From the NCBI GenBank assembly GCA_029259115.1, contig JAPDJO010000053.1, positions 1 through 24,856 of the forward strand: a stretch of DNA of 24,856 nt, in the 5' to 3' direction. Shown here piece after piece: positions 19,988 through 24,856 of this stretch. Position 1 is the stretch's first letter. Every line of letters begins with the position of its first letter. The position numbers and the translations under genes were made by a program. Below the pieces are notes generated by a model. The model was not told where the DNA came from. It made no database searches and was given only the letters and a program-made list of their open reading frames with translations. Source of the DNA: Thermoplasmatota archaeon. Lineage in GTDB: Archaea; Thermoplasmatota; E2; DHVEG-1; B18-G2.

Positions 19988-20671
19988 TTATAGGTATCTC
20001 GAAGCCATAGTGGCAATAATTTTTGCTATCGTGTCCATTACCTCCACTTTTCTTGACATCGAAAACATTTTTCCGGGTTTGTTTATTCTCTCTATCCTTC
20101 CTTCAAACCGATCTGATTGGTTTATTTGTTTCTGGGAACTACATATGTAAACCACTCTAAAAGATCTGTGAGCACGATTCCCTGCATCATCCTTAACGGT
20201 AATCTCACAGTGCGTTAGAATTTTCGTGTAAAACCACCCAGGAATCTGTAACACACGATGGAACTTTATGATACGGTTTTTCTCTGTAGGTGAAAATCTT
20301 CCGAGCTCTCCATCCTTTTTGAAAGATGCCCATCCCAAGCGACTGAAGCAATGGTAAGACAAATAAGTGGTTCGTGGGCGCCACCAATCCCACTTCGCAT
20401 GGATAATGTAGCGAACAGTCACTATAACAATATCATAAGGCTTTACCACAACTTCATGTGGACCATATACAGATACTGAGATATTAGCCTTCTTAGAATC
20501 TATCCTTCTGTAATCTACCCTGAATGTTACGTCTACCCATTTGATGTGGGGAACCTTGAAATCTTTAACCTTCTTATTATGTTCAATTAGAATCTGCCTT
20601 TCACCTGCTGCAAGACCAGCTGAGACAAGCAATAGCGAGACACATATTGTTATTACAAGCCTCTTCATCAT
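19988..20671 (-). CDS. Hypothetical secreted protein (basic, beta-rich)
   Basis: 227-aa ORF with signal peptide MMKRLVITICVSLLLVSAGLAAG and an SD-like GAGGA upstream. No family recognised. Confidence 0.7.
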   Translation of the reverse strand: MMKRLVITICVSLLLVSAGLAAGERQILIEHNKKVKDFKVPHIKWVDVTFRVDYRRIDSKKANISVSVYGPHEVVVKPYDIVIVTVRYIIHAKWDWWRPRTTYLSYHCFSRLGWASFKKDGELGRFSPTEKNRIIKFHRVLQIPGWFYTKILTHCEITVKDDAGNRAHRSFRVVYICSSQKQINQSDRFEGRIERINKPGKMFSMSRKVEVMDTIAKIIATMASRYL

Positions 20672-20927
20672 CTCATCCTCAATCGTGTTATTTGTTGACT
20701 ATTATCACTGTAATAGGTTTTTGCTATTTAAATATTTCTGTTAGATTATGCTTCACTACGAAACAAATTTTGAATCCGCTGAGGAATTTTGATTCACTTT
20801 CTTCAAATTTTTTCGCAATAAAAGACGGGAATTACTCCAACATAACAGTCTATATCGATTATCATGGTAGATATCCTAATTCTCTCTGGCGGCGACAAAC
20901 ATCCAGTTACTAATATTCATTTCCTTT

Positions 20928-21257
20928 GGCGGGCACAGGCACGCCAGAGGTGGACACAGCTAGCTTAGAGATGATTTACCCATCCACCTTCTCGACCCCG
21001 CTGACCCCTAGAGCATCGGCAGTCCGCGATAAGGCTGCTCCCTTCCGGGCCTGACCCGGTTTTCGCGGTAGAGGCGGGTACGTTGCCCTCCGGCAACGTA
21101 CTACCGCCACCCCCGATCCCTAGGGACAAGGTCTCATCGTTAGTGGATGGATCATCCCTATACTAGTGTGCCTCCCTCTAGGCTTCGGCTCCGGCGTATA
21201 GGGGATTTCCGGTTGCAGGGGACCCCTAACCCCCCAGCCTAGCCTGTGCCTCTCGCC
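20928..21257 (-). ncRNA. ffs: Archaeal signal recognition particle RNA (7S RNA)
   Basis: GC-rich island. The minus strand reads GGCACAGGC-UAGGCUGGGGGGUUAGGGGUCCCCUGCAACCGGAAAUCCCCU (Alu domain), helix 6 GUACGUUGCC-GGAG-GGCAACGUAC (21078-21101) and helix 8 GGUCAGGCCC-GGAA-GGGAGCAGCC (about 21033-21056). The terminal helix pairs 21242-21250 with 20932-20940. Exact ends are uncertain by a few nt. Confidence 0.96.
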
Positions 21258-21258
21258 G

Positions 21259-21516
21259 TTAAATCAACTTTTTTCCCCAGTTTCTAAAGAACCTTATAAA
21301 TATCCACGTCATTGATACAGCTAAGAACGCTATGCTTGCGCCTGCATATATAAGATGATGCTGTGCTTTTAGTGAGTCTCCTCCTCCAAATGAGTAGCCT
21401 GCGTTGTAAAAGTTAATAGCTAAGAATACCATAGAGATTATCGCTATAATGAACATGATGATATCCACTGATAATATAATCCTATCCCTCACTTCTTTCT
21501 CGCTCATCAAAGGCAT
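21259..21516 (-). CDS. Small hypothetical membrane protein (2 TM)
   Basis: 85-aa ORF with two hydrophobic helices and a basic C-terminus. Confidence 0.75.
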   Translation of the reverse strand: MPLMSEKEVRDRIILSVDIIMFIIAIISMVFLAINFYNAGYSFGGGDSLKAQHHLIYAGASIAFLAVSMTWIFIRFFRNWGKKLI

Positions 21517-21676
21517 GCTTAGGGCATAGGAATAAAGATATTTGAAACTTATGTTGTTGATAACTTTTATATAGTAAATTTTATATACGTTAAATGATAA
21601 ACTTTAACATGGAGTAAGGGGTAGATTTATGAATTCGAAAACCCTTAATCAGAGGGGGCTATTCTGGGTGAGGTAT

Positions 21677-23572
21677 ATGAGAAGATGGAATATGCTAGTT
21701 TTTGGTATCGCAACCATACTGATACTTTCATCATTGAGCCCAATAGCATTAAACTCTAAGGCTTTTGAGATAAATGTTAGCAAGAGCAAAGATTTAATTG
21801 ATACTCTATCAGAAAAATTATCGGGAAGAACTAATAATACAATCAAGGAAAGAAGAGTTGTAAAGATAGCGGAAAACATTAATCTTGCAAGCATACTCAG
21901 TAAATGGGAAACCAAAGGAATATTACCAGGATTTTATGTTTATACGAGTTTTAATGGTAATGTTAAGAGAATTAAGTTGATACTTGGGTTGACTAAACCG
22001 ATAGATGTCGATGATGATGGTAAGAATGACATAAGAGTTAAACTCAGGATAAGACCGAAGGTAATTTTTGATCCCCTACCATCTTTTGCTCTATCACTCA
22101 AGATGGACGTTAATAGGTTGAACGATGATATCAAATATGGAGAACTTGAAGTGGCTGGAGAGATAACGCTTCCTAAGATATTGGGTGGAGAAAAAATAAG
22201 ATTTGGTTACTTGTCTGAGGCTGGGGAAGAGATACCAAAATCCTGCTCTTTATCTTACCTATACATACCTCATCTTCTTAAGTTGAGAAAGAAACCAGCA
22301 GGAGGAATAGAGTTTAACCCTGTATCTGCTGAAGATTCTTCCATAGTAATTCTAGCAACCCTAGAAAACCCAGTTAATGGTACTGAAACCACAGTCGGTA
22401 TAAAGTATGATCCAATGGTAAGATCAGCAGTTAGCTGGGAAAGAACGAGAAAGCTGGGTCAATGGAAGTTCTCAATATCTAGAAAATTCCCCAAGATAAA
22501 AGAGACGACAGCCATCCTATTTTTGGAGTCATATGGAATGTATGCTGGATTGATTATAGAGAAATTAAGTAGTGCATCATTTGAGCTAGAACTAAGACCC
22601 TTTTCAAAACAAGGCGGATATCTACATTACATAAAGGAAAACCTCAAGGCTACAGATATATCTTTGTTAGTTCAGACTGTTAATCTTACTGGAACTCTAT
22701 CGATAAGAAATCTTCCACCAGAATTAGAAGCATCTTGGCTCTTAAGACCAGAAGGTTTCGTAGAACTCAATACACATGGAGGAGATACTGGAGAAGTTGA
22801 GGCTGTAGTGAAAGAGTGTTGCTCTTTAAGTTTCGATCCACAAACAGACTTGGATGTTAAGATATCTTGGAGCAATCTGAGCAGGAATGGATTGAACTTG
22901 GATATAGATTCTAATGTGAAGATAAACATCAGAGACATGTATGTTTACAACTATTCGTACAATGAGTCAACAGGAACATATGATGTGTATACACTTCTTG
23001 AGAATGGGAACCTTGAACTGCTTGGAAAATTCGGTTTGAGATCATATCTTTACATACCTGAGATAACTAGAGGTATAATCCAGAACAGCACAATAAAAAT
23101 CTTGGTTGAAAATGCATCCTTAGATTTCACTGCAGATGAGCTTGCAGGGATGGGCTATGCTGTAGTTTCTCTCTCCAATACAGGGAGAGCATGTATAGAT
23201 TTATTGAACTTTACGATAGATAATTCTACGGTAATTCCGGAGGAGGAATGGGATGAATTACCTGAGGATTATCTTATGAAGCCTTGGGAATACGCGCCTT
23301 GGATGAACGGAACAGTATTCATAGATACAAATGGAGGAAATCTAAATCTCGAGCTACTGGATATAGAATCATTTAGTGATTTCGGTCATACAGTTATTAA
23401 AAACCTCACCGGTAGAGGCCAGACAAACATAGAATTTCACATGATATCGATGTATTTGGCAGATCCACTTATTATAACAAATGGCCCTAACACCTCCATA
23501 GATCTGGAACAATTTTCTTTCTATTTCTTTCTCCTTCTTCTACCAATCGCCTTGGCATATTTATGTATATGA
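21677..23572 (+). CDS. Large secreted/cell-surface hypothetical protein, possibly 3'-truncated
   Basis: GGTGAGGT SD before the ATG at 21677, signal peptide MRRWNMLVFGIATILILSSLSPIA, a DxDxDG-type Ca-binding motif DVDDDGKND, and a beta-strand-rich body with many N-x-S/T sequons. Confidence 0.8.
   Translation: MRRWNMLVFGIATILILSSLSPIALNSKAFEINVSKSKDLIDTLSEKLSGRTNNTIKERRVVKIAENINLASILSKWETKGILPGFYVYTSFNGNVKRIKLILGLTKPIDVDDDGKNDIRVKLRIRPKVIFDPLPSFALSLKMDVNRLNDDIKYGELEVAGEITLPKILGGEKIRFGYLSEAGEEIPKSCSLSYLYIPHLLKLRKKPAGGIEFNPVSAEDSSIVILATLENPVNGTETTVGIKYDPMVRSAVSWERTRKLGQWKFSISRKFPKIKETTAILFLESYGMYAGLIIEKLSSASFELELRPFSKQGGYLHYIKENLKATDISLLVQTVNLTGTLSIRNLPPELEASWLLRPEGFVELNTHGGDTGEVEAVVKECCSLSFDPQTDLDVKISWSNLSRNGLNLDIDSNVKINIRDMYVYNYSYNESTGTYDVYTLLENGNLELLGKFGLRSYLYIPEITRGIIQNSTIKILVENASLDFTADELAGMGYAVVSLSNTGRACIDLLNFTIDNSTVIPEEEWDELPEDYLMKPWEYAPWMNGTVFIDTNGGNLNLELLDIESFSDFGHTVIKNLTGRGQTNIEFHMISMYLADPLIITNGPNTSIDLEQFSFYFFLLLLPIALAYLCI
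23487..23558 (-). pseudogene. Possible truncated N-terminus of a divergent gene (MPRRLVEEGERNRKKIVPDLWRC)
   Basis: Hand translation from the ATG at 23558 gives purine-rich, charged, coding-like codons up to about 23511, then a stop at 23487-23489 antisense to the large secreted gene. Confidence 0.35.
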
Positions 23573-23609
23573 AAATTTATGTAATTAAATTTTCGTTAAT
23601 TTTTTTCGC

Positions 23610-23651
23610 AAAGTTTCCGAAAAACTTTTTAAAATATTTTAAATGCATTTA
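23610..23651. repeat. Three abutting inverted repeats in an intergenic promoter region
   Basis: AAAGTTT-CCGAA-AAACTTT (23610-23628), TTTAAAATATTTTAAA (23628-23643) and TAAATGCATTTA (23640-23651). Confidence 0.6.
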
Positions 23652-23652
23652 T

Positions 23653-23868
23653 ATGGAGGGAAAAGAAATAGAAGGAAAAAATGTTAGGGTATGGGAAATA
23701 ACAAATGGGAGATATAGGGAAATGAGAAGAGATAGCTTAGATATTATCAGGGCCCTTCTAACTGTTTGTAAAGAGGTGGAAATAAAAATCAAAAATGGTC
23801 AAGAGATAGATGTATCTGCGTATAGATGCGAAGTTAATAGGGTTCCAGAGTGGTGGGAAAAAGAATAA
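23653..23868 (+). CDS. Small hypothetical protein (71 aa)
   Basis: MEGKEIEGKNVRVWEITNG...VPEWWEKE. The upstream in-frame 30 codons are AT-rich promoter-like DNA, so the ATG at 23653 is preferred. Confidence 0.65.
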   Translation: MEGKEIEGKNVRVWEITNGRYREMRRDSLDIIRALLTVCKEVEIKIKNGQEIDVSAYRCEVNRVPEWWEKE

Positions 23869-23925
23869 ATCGTTTAAGACTTAACGATAATAATTAACAC
23901 AAACCCTTCTAAATCTAAACAATAA

Positions 23926-23952
23926 ATTTAATAACAAACTATTTAATAACAA
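23926..23952 (+). repeat. Tandem 12-bp direct repeat upstream of parB
   Basis: ATTTAATAACAA at 23926-23937 and 23941-23952. Confidence 0.6.
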
Positions 23953-23972
23953 TTATAATAAAGGGGATTAAC

Positions 23973-24755
23973 ATGGCAAAAATACCAGTTGATAAAATAT
24001 TCATCAGTAAATATAACATTAGGAAAAGCGAGCCTACTAAGGACTTAGAAGAACTTGCAAAAAGTATAAGGGACATAGGACTAATTAATCCAATCCTTGT
24101 TATTGAAAGAAACGGAAAGTATGAATTAATAGCAGGACAAAGACGTTTTAGAGCAGTAAGAGACATATTGAAAGAGGAAGAAATCGAAGCAAAAATTTTA
24201 CCACCAACTATTGATGAAACAACCGCATTAATTTATTCATTGAGTGAAAATCTTCAAAAAAGAGAGCCTAAACGGGCTGATTATGTTAGAGCGGCGGAGA
24301 TATTATATGAGAAATATGGTGAAGATGTTGAAAAAGTTGCTGAAGTATTACATATCCCCGTAAAAAAAGCTATGGACCTTCTTAAAAAACATATAGTTCC
24401 TATTGAAGTTGCAAAATTAGTTGATAAAGGAAAACTATCGTGGACAAAAGCGATGCAACTTGCAGAAGCTGCTTGGCCAGATAAAGAAAAGATAATTGAA
24501 TTAGCGAATGAGTTAATAAATATGCCCACAACTAGGGCAAAGAAAGTTATTAGGGCTGCAACAATTAACCCAAAAGCTTCCACTAAAGAGATAATTACTT
24601 TAGCAGATTCTCTACCAGATACTATCCGTTTGAGAAATGTTGAAATCTCCAAAGAAGTGTATGATGCTATTAAAAAATATGCTAAACAAACAAATACAGA
24701 TATAAGCTATATAGTAGAGGAAGCATTAAAGGCATGGCTCGAATATAGGGGGTGA
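23973..24755 (+). CDS. ParB/RepB/Spo0J-family protein with central HTH and C-terminal ribbon-helix-helix
   Basis: LEELAKSIRDIGLINPILV, YELIAGQRRFRA (GxRR patch), SENLQ, HTH VEKVAEVLHIPVKKAMDLL and RHH-like NVEISKEVYDAIKKYAKQTNTDISYIVEEALKAWL. Confidence 0.88.
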   Translation: MAKIPVDKIFISKYNIRKSEPTKDLEELAKSIRDIGLINPILVIERNGKYELIAGQRRFRAVRDILKEEEIEAKILPPTIDETTALIYSLSENLQKREPKRADYVRAAEILYEKYGEDVEKVAEVLHIPVKKAMDLLKKHIVPIEVAKLVDKGKLSWTKAMQLAEAAWPDKEKIIELANELINMPTTRAKKVIRAATINPKASTKEIITLADSLPDTIRLRNVEISKEVYDAIKKYAKQTNTDISYIVEEALKAWLEYRG

Positions 24756-24856
24756 AACCAATTAAATACAATAAAGAAATTGAGAAGGCCAAGAAAAGAA
24801 TCATCCTTAATGTAAAGGGAAGCAAAAAGAAGCCGGACGACTGGATTAGTATAGCA
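24752..24856 (+). CDS. Partial ORF translationally coupled to parB (runs off the window)
   Basis: A GTG start overlaps the parB stop (GTGA). It is open for 35 codons: MKPIKYNKEIEKAKKRIILNVKGSKKKPDDWISIA. Confidence 0.7.
   Translation, partial: MKPIKYNKEIEKAKKRIILNVKGSKKKPDDWISIA

Larger units (their letters stand above)
23510..24856. mobile_element. Edge of a putative integrated element or foreign DNA (or a chimeric contig end)
   Basis: Visible rise in AT content, a shift toward ATT/TTA/GAA/AAA codons by eye, an orphan ParB and a small orphan ORF. No integrase or att site is visible. Confidence 0.45.

Noticed and set aside
20647-20913. 88-aa plus-strand ORF in the gap before SRP RNA
   Set aside because: It has a TTG start overlapping the divergent gene, no SD and low coding character; the region is better explained as promoter/terminator DNA.
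19868-20930. ORB-like words near mcm (GGTGAAACAAAG at about 19916; CTTCACTACGAAACAAA at about 20751) suggesting a replication origin
   Set aside because: Poor match to the ORB consensus, no G-string, no repeated inverted boxes and no cdc6/orc1 gene nearby.
20928-21257. GC-rich island as a possible tRNA, RNase P RNA or MITE
   Set aside because: The helix 6, helix 8 and Alu motifs identify it as SRP RNA. There is no T-loop/anticodon cloverleaf and no target-site duplication.
982-24652. Numerous 60-183 aa ORFs antisense to or overlapping recognised genes (e.g. 4683-5234, 5615-6061, 9049-9477, 17792-18142, 24281-24652)
   Set aside because: They are shadow frames of well-supported CDSs, with Ser/Ile/Phe-rich composition and no motifs.
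1-24856. CRISPR array, cas genes, transposase or integrase
   Set aside because: No regularly spaced repeats and no such protein motifs were seen in any frame.

Overview
AT-rich archaeal chromosome segment. Archaeal uS12/uS7/EF-2, MCM and SRP RNA, plus a lipobox-bearing serpin and secreted orphans, suggest a probably thermophilic Thermoplasmata-like host (inference). Housekeeping and metabolic genes are: hemerythrin-PAS protein (5'-truncated), sfsA, lrpA, M29 aminopeptidase, thiC, acetyl-CoA synthetase, serpin, Ca/Na antiporter, rps12-rps7-fusA, a DrrAB-like ABC exporter, mcm, and SRP (7S) RNA on the minus strand. The most interesting locus is 3381-7083. It holds a glycosyltransferase resembling the Thermotoga di-myo-inositol-phosphate beta-1,2-mannosyltransferase, a stand-alone RAM (Lrp/AsnC ligand-binding) protein and a 10-TM DMT/EamA transporter fused to a RAM domain, all divergent from a GH130 mannoside phosphorylase. 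This is a candidate synthesis/turnover/regulated-transport module for a mannosylated compatible solute. From about 23510 the sequence changes character, with an apparent junction that truncates a large secreted protein, a palindrome-rich divergent promoter, a ParB-HTH-RHH gene and a coupled ParB-like partner. That fits the edge of an integrated element or an assembly chimera. All family calls are from motif recognition; no searches were run.
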